A DNA stretch of 64,000 nt from an uncultured bacterium (GTDB lineage: Bacteria; Zhuqueibacterota; QNDG01; CAYUAG01): positions 2,826 to 66,825 of the forward strand of contig CAZETW010000005.1 of the NCBI GenBank assembly GCA_964515295.1, read 5' to 3'. Under the pieces are notes generated by a model. The model did not search any database, was not told the origin of the DNA, and was given only the letters and a program-made list of their open reading frames with translations. The position numbers and the translations under genes are program-made. Position 1 is the stretch's first letter, and the number at the start of each line of letters is the position of its first letter. Positions 13,817-22,907 of this stretch are shown here, piece by piece.

Positions 13817-15442
13817 GTGGATTTTGAAACAATAGAATCAAATTTTATCCCCTCAGAAGATGGTAAAACTGCAATGGGCGAAAACGGAGCAGTTGCAACA
13901 GCTTTTCCGGAAGCAACAGAAGCGGGAATAGAAATATTGAAGAAAAGAGGCAACAGTGTTGATGCAGCCTGTGCAGCAGCTCTAACTTTAAGTGTATGTG
14001 AACCCCAGGCCAGCGGTCTGGGCGGTCAGACAATGCTGCTTATAAGTAAAGGTGGCAAGGTTATAGCTGTAGATGGCAGTTCCAGAGCTCCTTCTCTGAG
14101 TCATGTCGGAGCGGTGTATAAAAGAGACAGAGCCAGCGGTTACAGAGCTACTACAGTACCGAGTACACTGGCAACTCTTGGATATGTACAAAGAGAATAT
14201 GGTAATTTAAAGTGGCGGCAAATCGTGGAACCAGCCTTGAGGATAGCCACTGAAGGCTACAGAATAACTGAATTACAACACAGACTCCAGCAAAGAGAAA
14301 TTGAGAAATTCCGAAAGATTGAATCACAGTCAGGATTATATTATTTTTATAATGAGGGGAAGCCATATAATGTTGGGGACACCTTTAAACAATTGGATTT
14401 AACGGCACTTTTAAAAAGAATTGCAGAGAAGGGAGCGGAGGAGTTTTATATCGGAACTACTGCGCAGCGAATTGATGCTGATATGAGAGAAAACGGCGGA
14501 CTGCTGCGGGCAGATGATCTGGCACTCATCCCCTGGCCTATAGAAAGGAAACCGTTGCGGGGAATATTCCGTGATTTTACTGTATATACTATGCCGCCTC
14601 CAGGTTCGGGTCGCAGTCTTCTTTTTTGTTTAGCTCTCCTTGACAGGCTATCACCAGAAGATCTACAACAGGATAGTTCAGAAATAGGGGTACTGCTTGC
14701 AGAAATTTTCAGAAATGTTCTTCTGGAGCGTTCGGACAGACCATTTGATGCTAATTTTTATCCACAGGTTAATGAAAAAGAGATGCTGAGCAGATCATTC
14801 ACAAGAAAGACAATAAAAAAAATTCTTTCAACTGCAGCCCCTACCTTACCTATCAGAGAGACCGAGGATGAACATGCTGGAGAAACAACACATCTTTCAG
14901 TGATGGACAGTAATGGTATGGCGGTGAGCCTGACACAGTCTATAGAGCGGGTATATGGGAGTAAAGCCGCAGCTCAGGGACTGGGATTCCTATACAATAA
15001 TTATATGATGGATTTTGAATACAAAATAATTCCGCATCCGTATTATCTGCGTCCCAATGCAGTACCCTGGGCAACAGTGGCTCCCAGTATTCTTTTCCAT
15101 GATAAAGACGTATGGATGGCTCTTGGAAGTCCCGGCAGTGAGCGTATAATATCAACCCTGGCTCAATTTCTTATACATGTTATTGATGAAGGTATGTCTC
15201 TTGGTGAAGCTATGCGTTTGCCCAGATTACACTGTTCCCTGGGGGGAAGAGTGAGCATGGAAGCAGAACGTTTTTCGAAAGAGTTTACTTTTTCTCTGAA
15301 AGATAAAGGATATCGGATAAAAGAAAGAGAACCATATTCTTTTTTTCTGGGTGCAGTGCATGCAGTTATGAAATGTCGGAACAGAAAGGAATTTCAGGCA
15401 GTGGCAGAAGTGAGAAGAGACGGTACAGCTGCAGGGTTTTAA
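13817..15442 (+). CDS. ggt: Gamma-glutamyltransferase (Ntn hydrolase)
   Basis: ...GGQTMLLI..., autoprocessing/catalytic region HAGETTHLSVMDSNGMAVSLTQSIERVYGS, and GSPGSERIIS. The GTG start lies 1 nt after the upstream stop. Confidence 0.85.
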   Translation: MDFETIESNFIPSEDGKTAMGENGAVATAFPEATEAGIEILKKRGNSVDAACAAALTLSVCEPQASGLGGQTMLLISKGGKVIAVDGSSRAPSLSHVGAVYKRDRASGYRATTVPSTLATLGYVQREYGNLKWRQIVEPALRIATEGYRITELQHRLQQREIEKFRKIESQSGLYYFYNEGKPYNVGDTFKQLDLTALLKRIAEKGAEEFYIGTTAQRIDADMRENGGLLRADDLALIPWPIERKPLRGIFRDFTVYTMPPPGSGRSLLFCLALLDRLSPEDLQQDSSEIGVLLAEIFRNVLLERSDRPFDANFYPQVNEKEMLSRSFTRKTIKKILSTAAPTLPIRETEDEHAGETTHLSVMDSNGMAVSLTQSIERVYGSKAAAQGLGFLYNNYMMDFEYKIIPHPYYLRPNAVPWATVAPSILFHDKDVWMALGSPGSERIISTLAQFLIHVIDEGMSLGEAMRLPRLHCSLGGRVSMEAERFSKEFTFSLKDKGYRIKEREPYSFFLGAVHAVMKCRNRKEFQAVAEVRRDGTAAGF

Positions 15443-15478
15443 AAGAGGATACGATACAAGACATTCACAGGAGGAAAA

Positions 15479-16270
15479 GTGAAAAAACTTCCTCTATTAA
15501 TTACTGTTGTCCACGGTGGTGAAAAAATTCCTGCTGAATTAAAGAAGTATAATAATCTTTCATATTCAGATATTCTGGAGGATATTGACACCTTTTCAAG
15601 AGATGTTTATGATTTATCTGAAGAAGTACAGCATTATTTGGATACAGACATTGCCCGTCCCTATATTGATTTGAACAGAGCAGTTGATGACTGGCCGCCT
15701 GACAATAAAGATGGAGTAATAAAAACTGAAACTGTATTTAAGGTACCTGTATATACAAATGGATTTTTCCCTGATGATGATCTTATAGAGATAATACTGC
15801 AGAAATACTATTATCCTTTTTATAATAGGTTATATGAAAAAGAATCTTCCCCTGGTCTGATTGCAGGACTTGACTGTCATACTATGCTGCCTTTATCACC
15901 TCCTATCAGTAATTCTCCGAGAGTTAAACGGCCATTGGTTTGTTTAAGCAATGGAGGGGATCATGAAGGTAAACCCCTGTCAATAAACAAAATAACAACC
16001 TGTTCAGTTGACTTTATTCAGCAACTTGCAGAAAGTTTTATACATGCATTACAGTGCGGAAAAGAACAGATTGGGATCAATAATCCCTTCCGGGGAGGAA
16101 AAGTTATTCAGTCCCGCAGGAAGGGCATCATACCCTGGGTGCAAATTGAATTGAATAGGAAATTATATTTGAACCAACATCAACCATTGAAAAAGGATAA
16201 AAACATAATAAAAGAAGTAAATAAATTAATATTGAGTGTTTTTAAAGATTTTGTTTGTAAATTGTATTAG
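15479..16270 (+). CDS. N-formylglutamate amidohydrolase-family (FGase-like) protein
   Basis: LLITVVHGGEKIPAE... and GLDCHTM motifs resemble the FGase family. Strong SD (AGGAGG) before the GTG. Confidence 0.55.
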   Translation: MKKLPLLITVVHGGEKIPAELKKYNNLSYSDILEDIDTFSRDVYDLSEEVQHYLDTDIARPYIDLNRAVDDWPPDNKDGVIKTETVFKVPVYTNGFFPDDDLIEIILQKYYYPFYNRLYEKESSPGLIAGLDCHTMLPLSPPISNSPRVKRPLVCLSNGGDHEGKPLSINKITTCSVDFIQQLAESFIHALQCGKEQIGINNPFRGGKVIQSRRKGIIPWVQIELNRKLYLNQHQPLKKDKNIIKEVNKLILSVFKDFVCKLY

Positions 16271-16409
16271 GAAATCATATATGAAACTTTATATTATAAT
16301 AAGTAGTAAAATAAGCTGATTGTAAAAGAATACTGAACTCTAAAGTGTTGAAAATAAAAATATAAATTTGTAACTTTTAGCAACGCCAGATTTTTTAAAG
16401 GAGGGTATT

Positions 16410-16970
16410 ATGAGTCTCTGGGATAAAATAATTGATGGATTGGAACAGGCAATTGAGGTTTCTTCTGAAAAAGGTACAAAATATTCTCATTTAATCAGAC
16501 TTAAATGGGATTGCAGAACTATTCATAAGAAGATTCACCATCAGATGGAAGAGTTAGGCAGTAAGATATATGAACTTCACCCGAATCCTGAGGAAGAAAA
16601 GATTAAGAATGAGACTTCGGAACATATTGAAGAAATTAATCGTTTGGAAGGAGAGCTGAAAAAGAAGGAAGAAGAAATTGAACAGCTTAAGTCCGGCATA
16701 GAACAGAAACATATGAGAGGATTAAAAAAAGATCTTGAAATGGGAGACGGAACCATTGAACAGATTGTGGTTGGAGAAAAATCATCTCTGGTTGGGAAAA
16801 AATTAGCGGAGATCAAAATTCCCGGATCAGTACTGATTGGTTCAGTAGTACGACAAGAAGAAGTGATTATTCCTGACGGGGAAACAGAAATAAATACAGG
16901 AGATCGGCTTACTGTTCTGGGTAAAAAAGATGAAGTAGAAAAGGTTATCAGACAATTGAATAAGAATTAA
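16410..16970 (+). CDS. Coiled-coil protein with a C-terminal TrkA-C (RCK_C) domain
   Basis: C-terminal VGEKSSLVGKKLAEIKIPGSVLIGSVVRQEEVIIPDGETEINTGDRLTVLGKKDEVEKV is a typical TrkA-C motif. Confidence 0.6.
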   Translation: MSLWDKIIDGLEQAIEVSSEKGTKYSHLIRLKWDCRTIHKKIHHQMEELGSKIYELHPNPEEEKIKNETSEHIEEINRLEGELKKKEEEIEQLKSGIEQKHMRGLKKDLEMGDGTIEQIVVGEKSSLVGKKLAEIKIPGSVLIGSVVRQEEVIIPDGETEINTGDRLTVLGKKDEVEKVIRQLNKN

Positions 16971-16990
16971 GATCATGGGAGGAATATATT

Positions 16991-17617
16991 ATGGAAGAGT
17001 TGAAAAATAATTCAAATGCCACGAAGACAGGGAAGATGTCTGAAAAGGGAAGTACAAAAAAAGAAAAGAAACAAAAAAAAGATAAAAAAACAAAAGTTGA
17101 AGAAAGTGCCAAAAAAGTTGTGAAAAAGTCCAAGAAGATCAGCGCTGATTTCACAGATAAAACCAGGAAGACAGCATCAGAGATTTCAGAATCAACCAAA
17201 AAAGCTACATCAGGTTTTACCAATTCAATAAAAAAAGCAGCATCTAAAATTTTTGGTTCTACTAAAAAGGCAGCAAAAAATATTGCCGGAGAGACAAAAA
17301 AAGTATCCTCAGATCTGGCTGATAAAACAAAAGAGGCAGCACCTGAAATTGCAGACAAAACCAAGAAGTTTGCCAGTGATTTTGCCGAAAAAGCAGGAGA
17401 AACGATAACCCGGGGAAAGCTTCAGACCAGGATTTTTGATTTAAAAAATAAACTGAAAAAGAAATCAGCAGAATTGGGGGGCATTTCTTTTGATTTGCTT
17501 CAGAAAAAGAAAACTACTGGTATTTATAAAGATAACAGAGTACAAGAGCTTATTGAAGAAATGAAAACACTTAAAAACCAAATTAAAGAGACAGAAAAGA
17601 AGTTAGAAGAGATATAA
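16991..17617 (+). CDS. Lys-rich repeat protein (LEA/YtxH-like amphipathic repeats), function unknown
   Basis: Repeated ..TKK(A/V)(A/S)S.. units. The C-terminal coiled coil resembles the N-terminus of the preceding protein. Confidence 0.4.
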   Translation: MEELKNNSNATKTGKMSEKGSTKKEKKQKKDKKTKVEESAKKVVKKSKKISADFTDKTRKTASEISESTKKATSGFTNSIKKAASKIFGSTKKAAKNIAGETKKVSSDLADKTKEAAPEIADKTKKFASDFAEKAGETITRGKLQTRIFDLKNKLKKKSAELGGISFDLLQKKKTTGIYKDNRVQELIEEMKTLKNQIKETEKKLEEI

Positions 17618-17666
17618 CATAGAACTCAATAAGTAATGATAAGAAAGTAAGTAAAGATAAAAATAG

Positions 17667-17751
17667 TGCCGGAGGCGGGAATCGAACCCGCATGGAGCTA
17701 AGCTCCGCTGGATTTTGAATCCAGTGCGTCTACCAGTTTCACCACCCCGGC
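17667..17751 (-). tRNA. tRNA-Leu (anticodon CAA)
   Basis: Minus strand reads GCCGGGGTGGTGAAACTGGTAGACGCACTGGATTCAAAATCCAGCGGAGCTTAGCTCCATGCGGGTTCGATTCCCGCCTCCGGCA. It has a 7-bp acceptor stem, anticodon loop TTCAAAA, a long variable arm and T-loop GGTTCGATTCC. CCA is not encoded. Confidence 0.9.
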
Positions 17752-17816
17752 ATTTACCTATTCTGGAATCTCAATATACGAAATATTATTCTGTTATTCA
17801 AATTTTTTAAAATATA

Positions 17817-20800
17817 TTATCTTAATAAAATACATTTTTTCATTTTTATTACAGAGCCGGCTTTGAGTATATAAAAATAAATTCCACTACTTACAGTTTC
17901 TCCGACTTTATTGGTCCCGTCCCAAATGGTATTATAGATACCCCTGGATTTTGTTCCTGTTACCAGTGTTTTGATGTGCTGTCCGCTGGAATTAAAAATT
18001 GACAATTCGACCTCACTTGTTTTTGGTATGTGGAATTGTATAGTAGTTTCAGGATTAAAAGGATTCGGTATATTTTGACATAAACTAAAATACTTTGGTG
18101 TCTTTTCTGAATTATTATTTACACCTGTTATAATTTCTTCCATAACAGCAGTAACACTTTTAGGAGAGGTCATTTTAATACTGTCAGGGTTAGATTTACC
18201 AGTTAGTCCGCCATTCCAATTCAGGAAATTAAAGTATTCTGCCGGTTCAATGTGTACAGTGACATAGGTATTTTCATTGCACCATTTTCCAGGTGGTGCA
18301 GGGGTCATATTCCCGCCTTGAGGAGGATTTACAGAAGTTGAAAGGTAATATTGAGTGGTAAAATAGGCTTTATATATTTTTTTATTTCCTATGATAATGA
18401 CTTGTTCTCTGTTCCCGCCGTTGTCCCAATGGTTATAGTAGTATTTTATAACATCATTTTTATGGTATGACTGGGGAGTGCTGATAGTATGACTGGAACC
18501 GGAAATCCAGTTAAACTGGTGAGGTGAAATATAGGTGATTCCATCAACAGTGATCGGTATACTATCCGGTTCAGTAGTAATGGTAATGGTTCCCTGTATA
18601 ATAAAATGAGCGTATATTTTTTTTGGTTGATCAATAATTAAATGTTCGGGATTATCATTTCCGCTCAGATCTCCGCTCCAGTATGAAAACTCATAATCAC
18701 TGTTAGTTGCAGGAACTGCAGTGACTGTTATTTCTTCATTTTTTTTGATCCATTCACTATTTGTATTAAATTGTATTGTTCCGCCCCAGGCAGGAATTGT
18801 TGATGTAGCAACTCTGTATTGTAATTCCCAGTTAGCTGTTTCAGTGACAGGATTATTAATAGTAATGGTGTGAGAAACCTCTTTTCCGCTGTATGCTCCA
18901 ATTCCGGTTCCTGTCCATCCGGTAAATACATATTGAGAATCACCTTTCATGGTAATTAAGGTCGGGTTTATGGAAAAATTAGCTTCAGTTTCGTCGTCAT
19001 ACCATCCTTCACCCTGGGTTGTACCATGTCCGTTATTTTCTATAGTTAAATAGTACTGTGGCTGCCAGGTTGCTGTCACTGTTTTAGGAAAATCCATTAT
19101 TACAGTATCTGTAGGAGTTGTATTGTCTGTAATATCACCTGTCCAGCTGAGAAAAGAGAAACGTATTTTATTAGATTTATAATAATATTCATTAACTGAA
19201 AAAACAGCAACGGAATCCATGTTATACCATCCTTCACCTTCAGGACTATCATATGATGATTTTACTGTCAGAAAGTATTGGGTGAAAAAATGAGCAGTAA
19301 TTGAGGTGTCTGTGAGAGGTACAGTAAACAACTGATCATTTTCTTCCTGATTACTCCAGGTATTAAATTTATAACGGGTTTTATTATCCAGATATTGAAT
19401 AGTATCTGCATTAAGATCATGTTCAGAGTTCTCTAGCCAGATAAAGGTATAGGGTCCGGTATAAGATCTATCATCTGCAGTGAATTTAAGTCCGGGAGGT
19501 TCAGTGGCAACAGTAACCAGAATTTCTTTTTTAAAATGTGCAGTAATACTCTTGGGATTTGATATTTTTACCATTATAGAATTCTTTTTAGCAGTTGTAT
19601 CTCCGGACCAGCCGGTGAATTGATATCCTTCTGCTGCTGAAGCATTCAGTTGCACTACACTATCTTCTTCGCACCAGCTTCCCGGTGGAGAAGGAGTAAT
19701 AGTACCACCTTCTTCCGGCTGTTCAGAAAGACTCAGATAATGCTGGATTATCCAGTGAGCAGTAATGGTTTTGGCATTATCCATGATCACAGCACCGGTA
19801 GTTTCAGTTCCGGAATAATCTCCATCCCAGTGGTCAAAAATATATTTGGTTAAATCTTTTTCAACAACTGAAGCCACAGAGAAACTGGCAGATGTATTTT
19901 CATCGTACCATCCTTCTCCCAGAGGATCCCCATAAAGTGAACTGATGTGAAGGTAATATTGGGTATCCCAGGATGCAGTTATAGTTTTGGGGGTGTTCAT
20001 AGTTATCGTACCAGAAGAAGATGAACCGCTGTAATCCCCTCCCCAGCTGTTAAACAGATAGCGGGTAGTACCATTGATATCCGGAGTGGTGACTGAAAAA
20101 GAGGCATCTTGATTTTCATCATACCACCCTTCTCCCTGGGGGGCTCCGTGCGGCGTATCAAGAGTTAAATGATACTGTTTTTTGAAATTTATAGTCAGAT
20201 TTTCGTTTGTGGCCGGGACTGTATATTCACGTGCGATTTCAGCTTCATCGCTCCAGGAAGAAAACACATAACGTATCCCCGGACCGGAAGGTTGGGGAGA
20301 TGCTGCCTGTAATGTATGGGTGATTTTTTCAGTCCAGGTAAAAGTATGAGGAGCTGTATATAAGGAATCGTCAGCATAAAACTTCAATCCCGGTGGTTCA
20401 GTATTGACAGTAATCTGTACCTTTTTACCAAAGTTGGCATAAACAGTTTTTGGTTCATTCATTGTAATGGTGGCAGGGTTATCGCTTTCTGATAAATCAC
20501 CAGACCACCATATAAAATCATAACCACTATATGCAGTAGCTTTTACAGTTTTATCAATCCCGGCATCAACCCATTGTCCGGGCGGAGAAGGAGTGATGGT
20601 GCCTCTCCCTACAGGGATTGTACCAGTAGTAAGAAAATATTGCGTAGACCAGACAGCTGTCACTGTTTTACTGGTATCCATAGTGGTTGCACCGTTAGTA
20701 GATGTTCCCGTATAATCCCCAAACCATTCCTGAAAAATATATTTAATAGAGTCATTAACCTCTGGTGAGGTTATGGAAAAATGAGCAGTGGTGCCTTTAT

Positions 20801-22883
20801 TATACCAGGCTTCCCCTTGTGGATTACCATGAGGAGAGATAACATTCAGATAGTGCTGAACAGACCAGTGAGCATTGATGGTTTTAGGACCGTCCATGAT
20901 TATTGAGCCTGCCGGTTCTGTTTCATAAGTATCCCCAGACCAGTTTTGAAATATATATTTTGTATTTCCATTTAATACAGGTGTAGTTACTGAATAATCA
21001 GCAGTCGTATTTTCATCATACCAGTTTGTACCCTGGGGGTTCCCTCGTTTTGAATTTACATTAAGATAATATTGTTTGGTCATATATCCTGTTAAGGTAT
21101 CAGGTGTAGTTACAGTATACGTATGAGAGCGGTTTTCTTCATTACTCCAGGAATCAAAAACAAATCTGCTTTCCGGAGTTTGGTTTTGAGGAGTAGGAAT
21201 TGAAATCTGGTGCTCGGAATTTTTAAACCATTGAAAACTGTGAGGAGTGGAGTAGGGTACACCGTCAACCACAACTTCCTGTCCTTCAGGCTCAGTGGTA
21301 ATGATGATTTCATATTTGGGGAAATTGGCATAACTTCCCGGTGAATAATAATTCCAGTTTTGTTTCAGACGTCTATAGAGAGGGTCTTCCCATTTACTGA
21401 CTTCCGGATATTTATTGGGTTTATTGTTATAGAAAATTTTAATTTTTGGACTCGCTCCGGAAATATCACAGCTGATCAGTTCTTCTCTGCTGTCACCTGC
21501 CACATCTGCAACATAGATTAATTTGGACTGGATAGACGGATCTCTGGTCAGTGTGGTCCAGACAGAATCTCCGGTAACAGCATCAAATATTCCAACATTT
21601 TCTGCGTTCTGTCGTGACTGCCCTGTAATATAATTCTTTCCATCTCCAGCCCAGTCAATAGTCCATATCAATTCCAGTCCGTTTGCATTACCGCCGTTTT
21701 GTTCAGAATTGAAGCCTTGAGGCAATGTATTTTCAGTTCCATAATGAGAGAACAGATTTCCATAGGTATCATATATCCAGGGATGCTGGCCTGTTCCATG
21801 TCGATGTTTTTCATCATAATCGAACCGGGAACGATTCCATATTTCAAAATGAGGTTTATCCATATCAAATTCGCCAACTGCAATATTTTGGGGTTCTTTG
21901 CGGTAGCCTCTGAATATACCTGCTTCTGTACGGAATATAATTTTATTTCCTGAAAACATAACAGTATTCCATTGATTGCTCACATTACTGTCCCGAACCT
22001 GATCTTCCTCACAGATAACCCATTCCAGACCAGGTAGATCCCTCCGGAAATTTCCTACAGCAATAGCATCAATATGATCAATATATTCCTTTGAAGCAGC
22101 ATTAATCCATTGTCTCCAGATATTATAGTATCCTGGATCCCTGACTTCACCGTTTTCTTCTACTATAGTAGCTCCAACTACTTCATCCCGTCCATCCATA
22201 TCGATATCTGCACATATAAAGGAATTATGTGCACAGCCGAAATACCCTTCATAAGTTGAACCATAGGAAGGATGAGCTGCATTGCGAATATCATCGTCCT
22301 GTTCAACTCTCCATATTTCTTCAAAAGATTCTAAATTATAGGCTATAAGAGTACGGTTAATATAATATTCCTGAAAACCTTCCGGATGTCTGTCAATGGT
22401 TTGAACAATAGCATCATGATCTCCGTTTCCGCGAAGATTAACCACAGCAATATGTCCCAGTATTTGAGTAGGACTATTAGTAACAGAAATTGTATTTTCC
22501 AGAACACCGTTATTAGCGTTAAATATATATATTTTGGATGTATCAATAGCAACAATTTCCACTGTACCATCATTGTCGATATCTGCAGCACCGTGTTTAG
22601 TGCCGTGATTGTTAATGCCTATACCGGGATAGGCAAGTGGCACACTCCACATGAAATTACCATAATGATCATAAGCATAGAGAGTGGTTTTAGAACGGAA
22701 GGTATAATCAAGGAGACCATCACCGTTCAGATCTGCAGTAAAAAAGGATTCTCCATATACTGTATCCGGGATTGTAAACTGAAAAGGATTGGTTGCATAT
22801 TCAGGAAATTCTGCTGAAATTGAAGTGATGTTAATCCCTGTAAGGATTATTAAGAATAAGAAGATTGTTTTTGTACTATTCAT
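17817..22883 (-). CDS. Giant secreted protein (1688 aa): FG-GAP/VCBS-like propeller, about 15 InlB-B-repeat-like modules, T9SS C-terminal sorting domain
   Basis: Signal peptide. DLNGDGLLDY, DIDNDGTVEIV, DIDMDGRDEVV and DVAGDSREEL repeats. Reiterated QYYLxV.S..G.P.GEGWY......FSV...... and ..P..GG.I.P.PPG.W....V.A.P..GY.F..WSGD...NP..I.M..PK.V.A.F modules. The C-terminus QNIPNPFNPETTIQF...SGIYFYILKAG is a T9SS CTD. Confidence 0.75.
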   Translation of the reverse strand: MNSTKTIFLFLIILTGINITSISAEFPEYATNPFQFTIPDTVYGESFFTADLNGDGLLDYTFRSKTTLYAYDHYGNFMWSVPLAYPGIGINNHGTKHGAADIDNDGTVEIVAIDTSKIYIFNANNGVLENTISVTNSPTQILGHIAVVNLRGNGDHDAIVQTIDRHPEGFQEYYINRTLIAYNLESFEEIWRVEQDDDIRNAAHPSYGSTYEGYFGCAHNSFICADIDMDGRDEVVGATIVEENGEVRDPGYYNIWRQWINAASKEYIDHIDAIAVGNFRRDLPGLEWVICEEDQVRDSNVSNQWNTVMFSGNKIIFRTEAGIFRGYRKEPQNIAVGEFDMDKPHFEIWNRSRFDYDEKHRHGTGQHPWIYDTYGNLFSHYGTENTLPQGFNSEQNGGNANGLELIWTIDWAGDGKNYITGQSRQNAENVGIFDAVTGDSVWTTLTRDPSIQSKLIYVADVAGDSREELISCDISGASPKIKIFYNNKPNKYPEVSKWEDPLYRRLKQNWNYYSPGSYANFPKYEIIITTEPEGQEVVVDGVPYSTPHSFQWFKNSEHQISIPTPQNQTPESRFVFDSWSNEENRSHTYTVTTPDTLTGYMTKQYYLNVNSKRGNPQGTNWYDENTTADYSVTTPVLNGNTKYIFQNWSGDTYETEPAGSIIMDGPKTINAHWSVQHYLNVISPHGNPQGEAWYNKGTTAHFSITSPEVNDSIKYIFQEWFGDYTGTSTNGATTMDTSKTVTAVWSTQYFLTTGTIPVGRGTITPSPPGQWVDAGIDKTVKATAYSGYDFIWWSGDLSESDNPATITMNEPKTVYANFGKKVQITVNTEPPGLKFYADDSLYTAPHTFTWTEKITHTLQAASPQPSGPGIRYVFSSWSDEAEIAREYTVPATNENLTINFKKQYHLTLDTPHGAPQGEGWYDENQDASFSVTTPDINGTTRYLFNSWGGDYSGSSSSGTITMNTPKTITASWDTQYYLHISSLYGDPLGEGWYDENTSASFSVASVVEKDLTKYIFDHWDGDYSGTETTGAVIMDNAKTITAHWIIQHYLSLSEQPEEGGTITPSPPGSWCEEDSVVQLNASAAEGYQFTGWSGDTTAKKNSIMVKISNPKSITAHFKKEILVTVATEPPGLKFTADDRSYTGPYTFIWLENSEHDLNADTIQYLDNKTRYKFNTWSNQEENDQLFTVPLTDTSITAHFFTQYFLTVKSSYDSPEGEGWYNMDSVAVFSVNEYYYKSNKIRFSFLSWTGDITDNTTPTDTVIMDFPKTVTATWQPQYYLTIENNGHGTTQGEGWYDDETEANFSINPTLITMKGDSQYVFTGWTGTGIGAYSGKEVSHTITINNPVTETANWELQYRVATSTIPAWGGTIQFNTNSEWIKKNEEITVTAVPATNSDYEFSYWSGDLSGNDNPEHLIIDQPKKIYAHFIIQGTITITTEPDSIPITVDGITYISPHQFNWISGSSHTISTPQSYHKNDVIKYYYNHWDNGGNREQVIIIGNKKIYKAYFTTQYYLSTSVNPPQGGNMTPAPPGKWCNENTYVTVHIEPAEYFNFLNWNGGLTGKSNPDSIKMTSPKSVTAVMEEIITGVNNNSEKTPKYFSLCQNIPNPFNPETTIQFHIPKTSEVELSIFNSSGQHIKTLVTGTKSRGIYNTIWDGTNKVGETVSSGIYFYILKAGSVIKMKKCILLR

Positions 22884-22907
22884 CGGGTATTACCCCCTGA
22901 AATCTGA

